Positions 1 to 13,811 of a stretch of DNA of 64,000 nt are shown one piece after another. Below the pieces are notes generated by a model. That model was not told the origin of the DNA, searched no databases, and was given only the letters and a program-made list of their open reading frames with translations. Source of the stretch: the human T2T-CHM13v2.0 reference genome, Homo sapiens. Within the stretch, counting starts at the first letter, position 1. Every line of letters begins with the position of its first letter. The translations under genes were made by a program, and so were the position numbers. The stretch lies in the NCBI RefSeq assembly GCF_009914755.1, contig NC_060932.1, one strand, 5' to 3'.

Positions 1-1857
1 CTGTGACTGTTTAAGTGCTTTCTCTTTAGGTAAGCCTTTTAAGAAAACTTGTGGAGTAGAGGCTTATGAATTATATTTCTAAGAAAGGGCGTGAAATCCA
101 AACTCTGCCAATTGTTACGTATATATTAGACAGGTATCTTTTTAAGAAATACACATGAACTAAAAGATAATGTGCCAGCATATGATTCTATGAAATTGAT
201 TTTCCTAAAACCAACAAACAAGCTCCACAGGAGTAATTACTACAGTTAAGAACATACACACCTGTTTAAGTCAGAAAAGCCTCACTATCATTTTTTGATA
301 AATGTACCATTTTATAATAGGTAAAATTTTGTATTTTAATAAGTGTGGTTTATATTTGTGAATCTTTGAGAAAAAAAAACTGTGTTAAAGTTAGTTTCTT
401 TTTAAGGAGGAAAACCAAATGAAAGCAACATTTTCATTATGGATTTACAGGTCAGATACTGCATGGAGAATTAAGATGAGAAGAGCCTTCAAATATTTTC
501 AACCAATAACCTTTTAAAAACCATTTAACATATATTATCAGGCAGCAGCAGAATTATAATCAATGTTAATATGACACAAGTCCTTAGGCAGTAGGGAAAT
601 TGTTCTCTCAAAATTGACCTACATACTCTAGTTTCTTACAAACCTGAGTAAAGAGGATGTCTTAAAAATAGTTGACGCTTGCTCTATTTGACAGAGTTAA
701 TATACTGCTATCTAATATTTTTATAAATTAAAGATTATTGATTTTAATTTGCTCCTGTGAGTGTGAGAGTGCAAACAGAAATTCTGCAGATGGAAAGTTT
801 AAGGAAAAAATTTCTCCCAAATCTCCCCTTCTGCTAATACACTAGGTAAAACCTGTGTGAGGCCAAGTGCTGAGCCCCTCTACATGCTCAAAGAATGTTT
901 CTCACTCTTATTATTGGTGACTATCAGAGAGAGAGGCTGATAAGGAAAACTGACAATGTGCGTCTTTGATAGTACTTTTTCTCAGCTGCCCACCTTCCCT
1001 GAAATATTGCTGAAATTCTTTCCCATTCCTCATCTCCAGTGCATAGAAGAGTTCTCTCAACCTCAGGGGAAATAGCAAGAGAGTTCTCAGGGGCATTGCC
1101 TGCGGAACTTCAGAGAACTTAAGAGCAGGTAGAGGGTAACACTTCTCTGTTCGGTGGCTCAGAAGGACATCTACTTACCTTCAGTCAGGGCTAGGGGTGA
1201 AGAAGAAAAGACTTGGATAGACAAGTTCACTCTGAAATAGGCAAGCAGGAAATCAAAGCTACTAAAGATTTTCTCATTACAAAGTATAAATGTCATCCCA
1301 ATTCACAAACAAGATTGAAGTTTATTTCCATTTCAATAACAATGCTTTTGCTTTTGGATACAAATGACACCAATAAGTCTATTTTCAGAAAAACATGAAC
1401 CCATATTAAGGAAAAGGCATGATTGTTAGATCCTTGATTACTTTTGAGAGTAATCTTTTCCACTCTTGTCAAAGTCAGAGATTACGATTTAGTTTATGTA
1501 GGTTTAAAAAGTTACACTCTGCTACCTGAATATTCACATTTCCTTATATTTATTTCTTTTGTTTGAAAACTAACTACCCTTCATACCTGTACTCGATTTA
1601 CTTTTTAACATGCAGTTACAGTTGCAAATTGGATTGTAATTGGCCATGAACAGTGCTCTGATATTTTTTTTATGGAAATGCAGTCCATCAAAAGCCAACA
1701 GCAGGATAGAGACAATCTTATCAGGACTTCCTTCCCCAGCTTTTAACCCACACTTGGAACTTTTATATGCTCTCATTTCATGTTTTGGTACACCATGCAT
1801 CAAATATCTTGAAAAGTTGGTTAATGGTTTAGAAAATTAGGCTGTTCTACCTTAAAT

Positions 1858-2150
1858 ACAGAAAGAGGGGAAAGAAAGAAAAAGAAAGACAGACAGACAG
1901 AAAGAAAGAAAGAAGAAGAAAAGAAGGAAGAAAGAAAAAGAAAGGGAGGAAGGAAGGAAGGAAAGAAAGGAAGGAAAGAAAGAAAAAGAAGAAGAAAGAG
2001 AAGGAAGGAAAGAAGAAAGAGAAAGAAGAAGAGAAAAGAAAAAAAAAAGGAAGGAAGGAAGAGCAGGAAGGGGAAGAAAGCAAGGAAGGAAGAAGAATAA
2101 GAAGGAAGGGAGAGAGGGAAGAGAAGTAAAAGAAAAGATGAGAGATAAAA
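1858..2150. repeat. Purine-rich low-complexity (GAAA/GGAA/GAA)n tract
   Basis: ~290 bp of almost exclusively A/G in mixed AAAG, GGAA and GAA units; it explains the F/S/L-rich ORF 1847..2203. Confidence 0.95.
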
Positions 2151-5100
2151 AAATTAATCACATCAAGAATATTTCTCCCTAAATAAGTATGGGCTCTTCT
2201 CAAATAATGTGCTCACCAAAAAGAAATTTTTAAACACAAAGTCAGAGGAAATGTTCATAGCTCCATAATTAAATTTCTAAGCCTTTATATGATAACTTTA
2301 AGTTGACTAGTGAAAGGATACCCCAGGTAATTACCCTGACATTTTAATAAATCATGTTCATTTGTTCATTGAAAGAATAGGCTTTTGCTCTGTAAAATAC
2401 TTTTAGAGGTTTTTAAAATATATTCATAATGGAAAAATATTGTGACTATGCCTATAAAACCAAAACATTTTGATAACAACTGGATGTTTCAGACAGTAAA
2501 TTGAATGTCCTATTTTCCTGTGTCAAAATCTGCCTATAGGAATTTGCTAAAAACTGTCATTAGGTAACTCCTCCAACAACACTATCATATACATGAAAAC
2601 ATGCCAGCTACACACCCCCTTCTCGGTGTTTTAAATTACATATTTCTATATGCTTTTTTTCACTATTTAATCCTATTTTGCTTATTTGTCTTTTCTTCAC
2701 TTTTAAATTCTTTGATGAGTGATGCAGCTGTCATATTATTCTGATTGTATTAAACAATTTTGAGCAACAGTGAGTTAGTAAGATGAGGTCTCCAATGTGT
2801 TTGTGCCTATTTCAGAGATATGTGGCAACTGTTTTCATCAACAGAGATTTTGTCAAGTTATTTAAGCTCTTTGGTTCAGCCCTCTTTCCGAGCAAATATA
2901 GTGATGACGGCAAAAATAATTACACATTTCCAGGCAGAGTGCTTGCAGAGCCACTGTCTTTTATATCTATGAAATTAGTCCTTATAGGAAGAGGAAAGTC
3001 CCAGCCTCCCACTCACTAACATTATAGGCATGTGAGAGATTCAACTCCTGCCTCCTTGCTATCCTACTCATCTCTCTTCATACCAAATTACTGAGGATGA
3101 TTAACAAACACAATGAAAACTGGATCAACGGCTCCGTAGTCCATACGTTGAAATGGTACTAGAGATGGTATGTTGCCTATACACTACAGTCAACACTAGT
3201 ATTCTCTGGGGGAAGAAAGGAGACAGAAAGTAGAGAAACTTGTGTTTCCATTCTTTAGAATGTGAAGTACAGTAAAACTAAAATCCCCTTTTCCTCTGCA
3301 AAGCAAAATAAAGGATTTCAAATTCTCGTGATTGGTGAAAGTACAGTGTGTCAATTTCATTTTGTTATAAAACCACAACATTATCAAGTCTGTGTAAAAT
3401 AGGAGGAGACAAAAATACATGAATGTGAGAATACAATTTAGAAACTAGACTTTCATCTCTAAAATTGGAGGTAAAATAAACTTATCTCAGGGAAATTTGG
3501 AAGACATTATCAAATATTAGAGAACCCATCCTCACATACATTTGAAGGGGAAAAAAGGATTTAAGGAACAAATGCGACTTTCTAAATCACCCGTCCATGT
3601 GAACAAGGTAGAAAAATACATGAAATCAAACTTCCCTACATTTCTACATTGTCACTCGGGCAAGTGATAATTTGTAAAAATTATGCTATTATTCACATAT
3701 CCTTTCTAAAATAAACTCCATCTAAAAAACCCAGTATATTGCTCTGGCTCCATTAAAAGTTTTCTAAAATAGAAAACAAAGGACATATTGTCAACACTAG
3801 AATGCTATTTTTAAAATACATAGAAGTGTTGGAGAGAGTTCATAGAAAATCAAAAAGAACGGTTTGACTTTCTATATGCAAAAAAAGATTAAAAGAGTAT
3901 GTATAGTTTAGCTAAGCAATGACTAAGTGGGAACATGATAACTGCCTGCAAATCTTCCAAGGGTGTGAACACAAAGAAGGGAGGGGTATTTGGTGGCCTC
4001 AAAGAGAAGACACGGATCCATGAGTCCAGCTGGCCTCCATTATTTGTTTTAATCTCATTGCCATTGGGAAACTTACACACTATTATAGCATTTTGATAGG
4101 AATTTCTCGACAAATAAGAGTACAGATTTTTTTAGAGGGGTGTGCATATTATTTGGGGACAAGTTAAAACTAGATATGAAAGGAAGGGAAACTACATATA
4201 TCATTGTCAGTCACATCTGCCTCTAATTAAAGTGATAATTGTGTCATATTAATGGTATAATAAAGGTAACTTACAGAAATTATAAGGACCCAGAGAGGGA
4301 ACTATCACTGGCTCAGCACACTTTGGAACCTGCATCACAGTTGTTTCTATTTAAGGAATTTTACCAATATATTTAACACAAACTACTTGGAATGCAGATG
4401 AATAAAAATGAAACTTCAAAGAGTTGTCATTACATCTTAGTTGGCCTAAACCAAAACCCTTGAGAAAGTCATGATATCCATACAAATAAATTTAGAGCTG
4501 TTAAAGTAATATTAATTTAAAATAAATAAGCTTTTGTGTCTTACTATATATGGTAAGATATTTTCATATTACCCAACTTCATATACTTGACTTGCAATCA
4601 CAGTAACATTATACTACTGAAGAGGCATTCTAACCTGACCATCAAAGTTTGAGAAAGGTTTTGTTCAATTTTAGGAAACATCATCACTTAGCTAAATTAA
4701 GTAATTTCACACAAAAGATGTAGTACAATACACAATCACAATACAATAACTATTTTTCTTAGGAAGTAATGAACACAATAGAGAAAGAGGGAAAAATAAT
4801 AGAGGAAAATGCAACGCTCTGTAACTACTCTACTGCCCAGTTATTTTCAATGTAAACAAGGTAAATGTCCTTACCTAGAAACGCCATGAAAACTCCAGTG
4901 TATTTTTCTCTTACTCTCATTCAACATTTTCTTACTTTCACTTTGTGTTTGAAAGTTGAATAAATCATTTAACTTGTACTTCTTGTACCTCTGTTCTTGA
5001 AACAGTTGATACGTATGTAGATTCAAATCCTTCTTTGAGAAGACAATTTTAGCTGGCAAAGAATAACTAACTTACATTGGGCATAATTACTTTTAGCCTT

Positions 5101-7884
5101 AAGATCTTGGCATGCCATGTACTAGAAAAGCCATGCCAGAGAATGGCAGCCACACCTACCTATGAGATGGCCTAAAGAAATACACTGCCTTATTTTTCCT
5201 CTGATATTTGATAAGTCAAAATAAATGATGACTGTGTGGTGTCATTTTGATGTTAGTATACAAAGGCAGGGAGTCTCCATTGCCAATGAAATTTTGAAAA
5301 ATACAGCCAACATTTCAATACCCTAAAAAAGTGCCACGCAAAAAGTTTCTTTTCATTAAACTAGTCCACATTTAAATTCATACTGAATTAATTTCAGAAG
5401 ATTTAAACAGTACATATGCATTTAATAATTGTTGCTAAGAATATGTGCACTTGTAGACGTGGACTATACAGTGATATGCAAAAATAAAATTTGGTTGGTA
5501 GATTATGGCTGATGCTTGATATTTCAAATCCAAATTTCTTGTCATATTTTATTTGTAAATAAGGTTAAAATATAATGGATATATTATTAATTCAATACTT
5601 AATTTATTATATGAATTTTATTGTAGGAAATACTTCCAAGTTAGGAGAAATAGACTGACTCACTTTGTTGAAGAAAAGATAGCTCTTGCCTACAAATTCC
5701 ATTTTATGAGTGCAGTATTACCTTTGTCCCTATTTACATTTTAAAGTTTCTTAAGGCTTACCCACATGCTGCTACTCTCTCTGTGCTTTTTATTCTTGAC
5801 CTAAGTTTCAGAGGATGAAAACATTTAAGAATAAAGTCATGTATAACCCTGCCAAACAATGGAATTTTTTTCATGCAGATTTTCTTTTCATCAGTGTTCT
5901 ATATATGCAAATCCCTGAATGGCTTATAGTTCACTGATGACTCTTTTGCATAGGTAAATACTTATCAACTAGTGGCAATAATAGGAATCCAAATGATTTT
6001 CAAGTGACTGTCAAGCCTCTATGGTTTAATAAGTATTGATATGTTGACTATCTTTTACCAATAGAAAGACAGCTGCTCTTGAGAACAAAAGAGGTTCAGA
6101 CACAATTGGGCTCAAGTGGAAGAGAACACTGTGAGTTCTTAAGGTCTGGTGGAGTCCACCCACCCACAAACTGTCAGGGCATTCTTCTCTTTCATTATTG
6201 CTACTGTAGCAAGTAGAAAGTTGGAGCTGAACTGCCATCCTATTCCCAAAGAGGACCGTGACAAGAAGTGCAATCTGGTACGGGAAATGACATCTCATGC
6301 TTGCTTTCACCTCTCCTGGCATGAGAGGTGAAATCTCCTCCATTAGAGGGATTCAGGTTGCTTCTACCTGTAAGCAAGCAGAGGCAGGCAACATCATGTC
6401 TTTGGCATAAACTATAGAAAGAACAAAACAAATTAAAATGCTTTAAAATGTTTTTGAACTTCCAAAAAGATTTTAAATAGTTTGTTTGAGAGATGTAATG
6501 TTTAAAGTCCTTTGTTCACTCATATTTTTTTCCATAGCAGATTGAAGTGAAGGAATCATTCAAGGATGAAAAATATCATTCATTCAACAAACAAGTGAGT
6601 GTCTACAATGAGCCGCAGGTACTACAGGCATTACAGATTTTGAAGATACGACTAAATTATCATTTTTCCCAGAAGAAATATTTCAAGTGCCCTTGGTGTG
6701 GATGGCAATGGGATTATCTTATATTTCAGTTGCTCTTTCCTGTATGGTTCTAGTGGTTAAAAGTATACCTGAAAATACATTCTATAGTTTAACAGAAAAT
6801 GTACTTATGCATTTCTTTTATAGGCAGAGACAAGCCATATTTAGATTTGATATGGACTTTTGGGCAGTGTCAATCTATACTCACTTCAAGGGGTAGTAAA
6901 ACAGAATTTAAACATCTATTTTCAACATACATATTTATACATATAACATATAGAAGCATATATATAACTTAGATATATATTTTAGCTATAATAAGCTGTA
7001 ACTGTGTAAATTTTAACTAAATTATGATATGTTATTATATAAGATGTGGGTAATACAGGATATGCTTTTCTAGTCATTTCATTCTGTAGTATCTAAAGAA
7101 GCAAAATCAAACACAATAATAGGAACGATTTCCAAACCTGATTAAAAAAATGAAAAAAGGAAAAAATTTAAAAAAAGAAAAAATGAACGTGTTTCAAGTC
7201 AAACGCCTATGAAGATGCATTTATTCTTATAATTTGGGTGGGAGGTGGAATATGGTGAAGAAATCTTCTTCAGACCTAAGCTGGGCGATGGGGAGAGGGA
7301 ACTTCAAGAAGGAGATCTAGAGACTCCAATATAAATTGTGTTGAAAGAGGAAATATAAAATGTGAATCAATTCATATGTCCACCACAAAATGATTAGGGA
7401 GGTGTCACACAATCCATCTAATTTCTCTACCTTGCTTTCATTTTTTGTAAAACAAGGTGGTCTGGACAACTAGCATGCATGCAACAAACTTATATTAAGA
7501 GCCTACTAGTGGTAGTTACTGGGGTTTAAAAAACATTTTCACATACAATATTTATTTCATCTTGGCCTTATTTGGTAAAAAAAAAATTACAGTTCTATTT
7601 AGCATGAGTGAAATAAGAACTCAATAGAATCTGAAGCATTTATGCAAAGTCTAAATGATCTCTAGATTCTCTTCCAGATGCTAAAAATTATCCTTAAATC
7701 TGTAATTTTAAGTGACGCACAGGATCAAAGGATAATATGTATAGGAACCATGTGGACACAATTCTCCTCATGCTTTCTCCTCTATTTCTTTCAATGGGGA
7801 CCAAAATGATCACTCAAACTGCTCATTCCTCATCATTTCCTTCTCATTTCCTAATCTCTTCCTTCTACCACCACACATGTAAGT

Positions 7885-8097
7885 AAGGGCTTGGCAATTT
7901 AATTATTTTTTCTGTTAAGAGACAGATAGTAAATAGTTTAGACTTTGTATGCCACAACTACCCAACTCAACAGTTGCAGCATAAAAGCATCAAAAGACAC
8001 ATAGAAATTGTGAGTGACTATGTTCCAATGAGACTTTATTTACAAAGACAGAGAGTCATCCATATTTGGCTCTTAAGCTGTAGTTTGCCTAACCCTG
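7885..8097 (+). mobile_element. MER58A-like hAT-Charlie DNA transposon (MITE)
   Basis: Terminal AGGGCTTGGCAA...TAGTTTGCCTAACCCTG and internal CAGATAGTAAATA and TGTTCCAAT..ACTTTATTTACAAA match the recalled MER58A consensus. Confidence 0.8.
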
Positions 8098-8879
8098 ATA
8101 TAGGTGTATCTTGAAAAATAAAAGTATTTAGTAATAATCCCAAAGTTCATGCAAAATAAAAAGATCAAAATATTTTAATAACACTGTAAAGTCACGCATT
8201 GTAAATTCTCTTTTGACATATGGCTACACAATAAAGTTACAATATGATCTTATACAATAAGTAAAAACACATAATATGTCAGCTAATGTTACCTTTATAT
8301 TTGTATGGGTGACTGAAGTTATTTCAATTTATTAAGATTTATCTTACAAAACTTGTTAAGGCTTTTGAAAAAGATCTAAAGAAAATTTTCTGTGGGAGCC
8401 AGGTGGAGCTGGGGTCTTCTATCTGGATATCAGATAGAAATTTGATTTTTTATTCTTGATTAAATTGTCTAATATCTGTAGTTTCAATATACTACTAAGG
8501 TAGAAAGTAAAATTATTTATTTACTTTAGTCATTGTCAGGCAATCAAGGATACTTATCAAATTTGTCTATCTTATTTATTAGATATGATAATTGATATCT
8601 TGGTTTCTTCTTCCAGTATCATATGGATGTAAAACTGATCTCATAGGCAAACAGAAGGTCCTTGGAGTTTGCCGACTTTGTTAATGACCTTGTAAGTTGC
8701 AAAACCAGTAAGTTAGTCAAAGGTGTATTTGATCAATTATCTTTCTGCTTTGCAATTTGAATGTGATAGGATGTTAATGACAAAATGTGGGGTTTGGCAC
8801 ATAGCAGAATCTCAACATTATTTTTTCTTTGTATGTCATCATATTTGCTATCTTTCTTGTCCTCTGCAATAAATAATAG

Positions 8880-10189
8880 CAAAACCTCTAGAGGGACAAT
8901 GAAGTAACACAGACCACATTTAACTTCATATCTTGAATAACTAGAAATTTGGACAAAATATATGAAATAACTATTTTCAGAATCTGAAACACAAGACAGT
9001 GCAGAACTTTGGTCCCTGAGAAGAAGAAAACAAATAAAATAAAACCTATGATCATTTTGGACTCTGCTTGGAGACAGTCTAGGCTGTGGAGCAGGGAGGG
9101 GAATCCCAAGTGGAAAGTAGAGTTCTTGCTGAGTTGTGAAGTTTGGAAGTTGAGATGTCAGCAAGTCTGAACCAGTAGAAAGTTGTGCAGCACACTTCTG
9201 CATAGGAGGGAATGATTAAAAACTTCCATAAAGTGTTTAATTACAAAGATGCACATATGTAGGGCAGAAATCTATTAAGCCTGTTCAGCATAGTGTTTAG
9301 AAATCTGTGAGATGAATTGTTCTCAGAGCTCACACAGGAATGAAAATTATTTTAGTTCCCATCAGTCAGAACGGGGACTTCTTGATGACCACCTGGACAA
9401 TTTAGAAAAAAACTACAGAAGGGGTGGATCTCATAGTGGAAATAAACTACTGCAAAAGTTAAAAACTACTTGAGGCACACACAAAGAAAGATTAAAATAA
9501 GCCTCAAAATATCAAATTAAACTGTAAGAGCTTAACTGTTTACCAGAACAAAGCCAACAACCATCAAAGGAAGACAACAGAATCTAGAAAGATAACATTG
9601 AAAAATCCACAATGCCCAACATCCAATGAGAGATTACCAGTAATTCAAAAAAGCAGAAAAATGTGACACATAACTAGGTAAAAAAATCAGTCATTAAAAA
9701 CAGATAAAAATAATAGACAAGAAAGAATTATTAGGCAAAGGAATTAGAAAGCTATTATCATATTGCACTATTTAGAGGAAAACAGTGAATAGAGAGATGG
9801 AGGATAAAAATAAACACATCTTTTAAGAATGAAAATCACAATAGTAGATCAGACACTGCAGAAGAAATGATTTATGAACTTAATGACATAAAAATGAACA
9901 CTACCCACAATGAACTGGAGAGAGAGACTAAATGATTGGTAAAAAGAACTGAGTATGTTAGCTGTGCAATGACATAAAAGCGACTCATATATGTATAATT
10001 AGAGTCTCATAAAAAAGAAGGCATAAAAACATTTGAAAAATTAATGGCTAAGTATATTCAATTAGAATTATCAGATGAGAACTTTAAACCAGTTAACTAT
10101 GATCAGTTAGATGAGGAAAATACATTGGTAACAAATGAAAAATTAGAAACTTTCTGCAAAGAAACAGAACATGAAAAAGAATCGAATGG
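8880..10189 (+). mobile_element. Old L1 (L1M-type) 5'UTR/ORF1 fragments, interrupted by the HERV-H insertion
   Basis: A-rich, with degenerate ORF1 coiled-coil sequence (AGACACTGCAGAAGAAATGATTTATGAACTT); ORF1 continues after 14676. Start approximate. Confidence 0.65.
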
Positions 10190-10296
10190 GCTGACTCTCT
10201 TTTTGGACTCAGCCCACCTGCACCCAGGTGAAATAAACAGCCATGTTGCTCACACAAAGCCTGTTTGGTGGTCTCTTCACACGGACGCGCATGAAA
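10190..10296 (+). mobile_element. HERV-H 5' LTR remnant: R-U5 only (no U3)
   Basis: GCTGACTCTCTTTTTGGACTCAGCCC...AATAAA...CACACGGACGCGCATGAAA; R matches 14581-14644 with one mismatch. Confidence 0.92.
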
Positions 10297-10298
10297 TT

Positions 10299-10316
10299 TG
10301 GTGTTGTGACTCGGAT
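10299..10316 (+). other. Primer-binding site for tRNA-His (mutated)
   Basis: TGGTGTTGTGACTCGGAT versus the HERV-H PBS TGGTGCCGTGACTCGGAT; directly follows U5. Confidence 0.88.
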
Positions 10317-10729
10317 CGGGGGACCTCCCTTGGGAGATCAATCCCCTGTCCTCCTGCTCTTTGCTCGGTGAGAAAGATCCACCTATGACCTCAGGTCCTC
10401 AGACTGACCAGCCCAAGAAACATCTCACCAATTTCAAATCTGGTAAGTGGCCTCTTTTTACTCTCTTCTCCAACTTCCCTCACTATCCCTCAACCTCTTT
10501 CTCCTTTCAATTTTGGCGCTACACTTCAATCTCTCCCTTCTCTTAATTTCAATTCCTTTCATTTTCTGGTAGAGACAAAAGAGACACATTTTATCCGTGG
10601 ACCCAAAACTCCGGCGCCAGTCACGGACTGGGAAGGCAGCCTTCCCTTGGTGTTTAATCATTGGAGGGACGCCTCTCTGATTATACACCCACGTTTCAAG
10701 GGTGTCAGACCACGCAGGGACGCCTGCCT

Positions 10730-11060
10730 TGGTCCTTCACCCTTAGCGGCAAGTCCCGCTTTTCTGGGGAAGGGGCAAGTACCCCAACCCCTTCTCTCCT
10801 TGTCTCTACCCCTTCTCTGCCTTTCCTGGGGCAGGGGCAAGTACCCCTCAATCCCTTCTCCTTCACCCTTAGCGGCAAGTCCCGCTTTCCTAGGGGCAAG
10901 AACCCCCCAATCGCTTATTTCCACACCCCAACCTCTTATCTCTGTGCCCCAATCCCTTATTTCCGCACCCTGACCTCTTATCTCTGTGCCCCAATCCCTT
11001 ATTTCTGTGCCCCAACCCCTTCTCTGCTTTTCTGGAGGGCAAGAACCCCCCACCCCTTCT
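10730..11060 (+). repeat. HERV-H leader tandem/direct repeats
   Basis: CCTTCACCCTTAGCGGCAAGTCCCGCTTT occurs twice; repeated CCTCTTATCTCTGTGCCCCAATCCCTTATTTC units. Confidence 0.8.
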
Positions 11061-11974
11061 CCGTGTCTCTACTCTTTTCTCTGGGCTTGCCTCCTTCACT
11101 ATGGGTAGGCTTCCACCTTCCATTCCTCCTTCTCCCTTAGCCTGTGTTCTCAAAAACTTAAAACCTCTTCAACTCACACCTGACCTAAAACCTAAATGCT
11201 TTATTTTCTTCTGCAATGCCGCTTGACCCCAATACAAACTCGACATAGTTCCAAATAGCTGGAAAACGGCACTTTCAATTTTTCCATCCTATAAGATCTA
11301 AATAATTCTTGTCGTAAAATGGGCAAACGGTCTGAGGTGCCTGACGTCCAGGCATTCTTTTACACATCTGTCCCTTCCTAGTCTCTGTGCCCAGTGCAAC
11401 TCGTTCCAAATCTTCCTTCTTTCCCTCCCTCCTGTCCCCTCAGTCCCAACCCCAAGCAGTGCTGAGTCTTTCTAATCTTCTTTTTCTACAGACCCATCTG
11501 ACCTCTCCCCTCCACACCAGGCCAAGCTAGGTCCCAATTCTTCCTCAGCCTCAGCGCCTCCACACTGTAATCTTTTTATCGCCACCCCCCACCCCCTCCA
11601 CCCCGCATCCCACACCTGGTCCTGCTTACAGTTTCATTCTGTGACTAGCCCTCCCCCACCTGCCCAGCAATTTACTCTTAAAAAGGTGGCTGGAGCCAAA
11701 GGCCTAGTCAGGGTTAATGCTCCTTTTTCTTTATCCTGAATCAGATAGCGTTTAGGCTCTTTTTCATCAAATATAAAAATCCAGCCCACTTCATGGCTCA
11801 TTCGGCAGCAACCCTGAGACGCTTTACAGCCCTAGACCCTAAAAGGTCAAAAGGCCGTCTTATTCTCAATATACATTTTATTACCCAATCTGCTCCCAAC
11901 ATTAAATAAAACTCCAAAAATTAAATTCCGGCCCTCAAACCCCACAACAGGATTTAATTAACCTCACCTTCAAG

Positions 11975-12301
11975 GTGTACAATAATAGAAAAAAGTTGCA
12001 ATTCCTTGCCTCCACTGTGAGACAAACCCCAGCCACATCTCCAGCACACAAGAACTTCCAAATGCCTGAACCGCAGCGGCCAGGCGTTCCTCTAGAACCT
12101 CCTCCTCCAGGAGCTTGCTACAAGTGCCAGAAATCTGACCACCAAGGCAAGGAACGCCTGCAGCCCAGGATTCCTCTTAAGCCGTATCCCATCTGTGCGG
12201 GACCCCACTGGAAATCGGACTGTTCAACTCACCTGGCAGCCACTCCCAGAGCCCCTGGAACTCTGGCCCAAGGCTCTCTGACTGACTCCTTCTCGGCTTA
12301 G
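11975..12301 (+). pseudogene. gag: HERV-H gag C-terminal (nucleocapsid zinc-knuckle) remnant
   Basis: Degenerate CCHC knuckles CYKCQKSDHQGKER and YPICAGPHWKSDC. Confidence 0.85.
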
Positions 12302-12351
12302 CGGCTGAAGACTGACACTGCCCGATCGCCTCGGAAGCCCCGTAGACCATC

Positions 12352-12741
12352 ATGGACGCCGAGCTTCAGGTAACTCTCACAGTGGAAGGTAAGTCCGTCC
12401 CCTTCTTAATCAATACGGAGCCTACCCACTCCACATTACCTTCTTTTCAAGGGCCTGTTTCCCTTGCCTCCATAACTGTTGTGGGTATTGACAGCCAGGC
12501 TTCTAAACTTCTTAAAACTCCCCAACTCTGGTGCCAACTTAGACAACACTCTTTTATGCACTCTTTTTTAGTTATCTCCACCTGCCCACTTCTCTTATTA
12601 GGCCGAGATATTTTAACCAAATTATCTGCTTCCCTGACTATTCCTGGACTACAGCCGCATCTCATTGCTGCCCTTCGTCCCAATCCAAAACCTCCTTTGC
12701 TTCCTCCTCTTGTATTCCCCCACCTTAACCCACAAGTATAA
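12352..12741 (+). pseudogene. pro: HERV-H protease remnant (inactive active site)
   Basis: VTLTVEGKSVPFLINTEPTHS (DTGA motif degenerated to NTEP) and LLGRDIL motif. Confidence 0.85.
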
Positions 12742-12759
12742 GAGACCTCTACTCCCTCC

Positions 12760-13811
12760 TTGGTGACTGATCACGCACCCCTTACCATCTCATTAAAACC
12801 TAATCACCCTTACCCCGCTCAACGCCAATATCCTATCCCACAGCACGCTTTAAAAGGATTAAAGCCTGTTATCACTCGCCTGCTACAGCACGGGCTTCTA
12901 AAACCTATAAACTCTCCTTACCATTCCCCCATTTTACCTGTCCTAAAACCAGGCAAGGGTTACAAGTTAGTTCAGAATCTGCACCTTATCAACCAAATTG
13001 TTTTTCCTATCCCCCCCGTGGTGCCAAAGCCATATACTCTCCTATCCTCAATACCTCCCTCTGCTACCCATTATTCTGTTCTGGATCTCAAACATGCTTT
13101 CTTTACTATTCCTTTGCACCCTTCATCCCAGCCTCTCTTTGCCTTCACTTAGACTGACCCTGACACCCATTAGGCTCAGCAAATTACCTGGGCTGTACTG
13201 CCGCAAGGCTTCACAGACAGCCCCCATTACTTCAGTCAAGCCCAAATTTCATCCTCATCTGTTACCTATCTCGGCATAATTCTCATAAAAACACACGTGC
13301 TCTCCCTGCTGATCGTGTCCGATTAATCTCCCAAACCTCAATCCCTTACAAAAGAACAACTCCTTTCCTTCCTAGGCATGGTTAGTGCGGTCAGAATTCT
13401 TACACAAGAGCCAGGACCACACCGTGTAGCCTTTCTGTGCAAACAACTTGACCTTACTGTTTTAGCCTAGCCCTCATGTCTGCATGCAGCGGCTGCCGCT
13501 GCTTTAATACTGTTAGAGGCCCTAAAAATCACAAACTATGCTCAACTCACTCTCTACATTTCTCATAACTTCCAAAATCTATTTTCTTCCTCATACCTGA
13601 CGCATATACTTTCTGCTCCCCGGCTCCTTCAGCTGTACTCACTCTTAAATCCCACAATTACCATTGTTCCTGGCCCGGACTTCAATCTGGCCTCCCACAT
13701 TATTCCTGATACCACACCTGACCCCCATGACTGTATCTCTCTGATCCACCTGATATTCACCCCATTTCCCCATATTTCCTTCTTTCCTGTTCCTCACCCT
13801 GATCACGCTTG
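12760..13811 (+). pseudogene. pol: HERV-H pol remnant (reverse transcriptase and tether; stops and frameshifts)
   Basis: QYPI, SPYHSPILPVLKP, YSVLDLKHAFF and LPQGFTDSP (~13198-13224) RT motifs, broken by stops. Confidence 0.88.

Noticed and set aside
4871-5059. Minus-strand ORF ending at donor-like TAG|GTAAGG
   Set aside because: No recognisable protein and no convincing acceptor
10044-10388. 114-aa ORF spanning the L1 ORF1 / HERV-H junction
   Set aside because: Chance read-through from degenerate L1 into R-U5; no promoter or domain support
10905-11020. Regularly repeated units resembling an array
   Set aside because: Known HERV-H leader tandem repeats with no unique spacers; not CRISPR
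11975-13279. HERV-H gag/pro/pol ORFs as functional genes
   Set aside because: Fragmented by stops; catalytic DTG mutated to NTE; zinc knuckles degenerate; no YVDD or integrase visible
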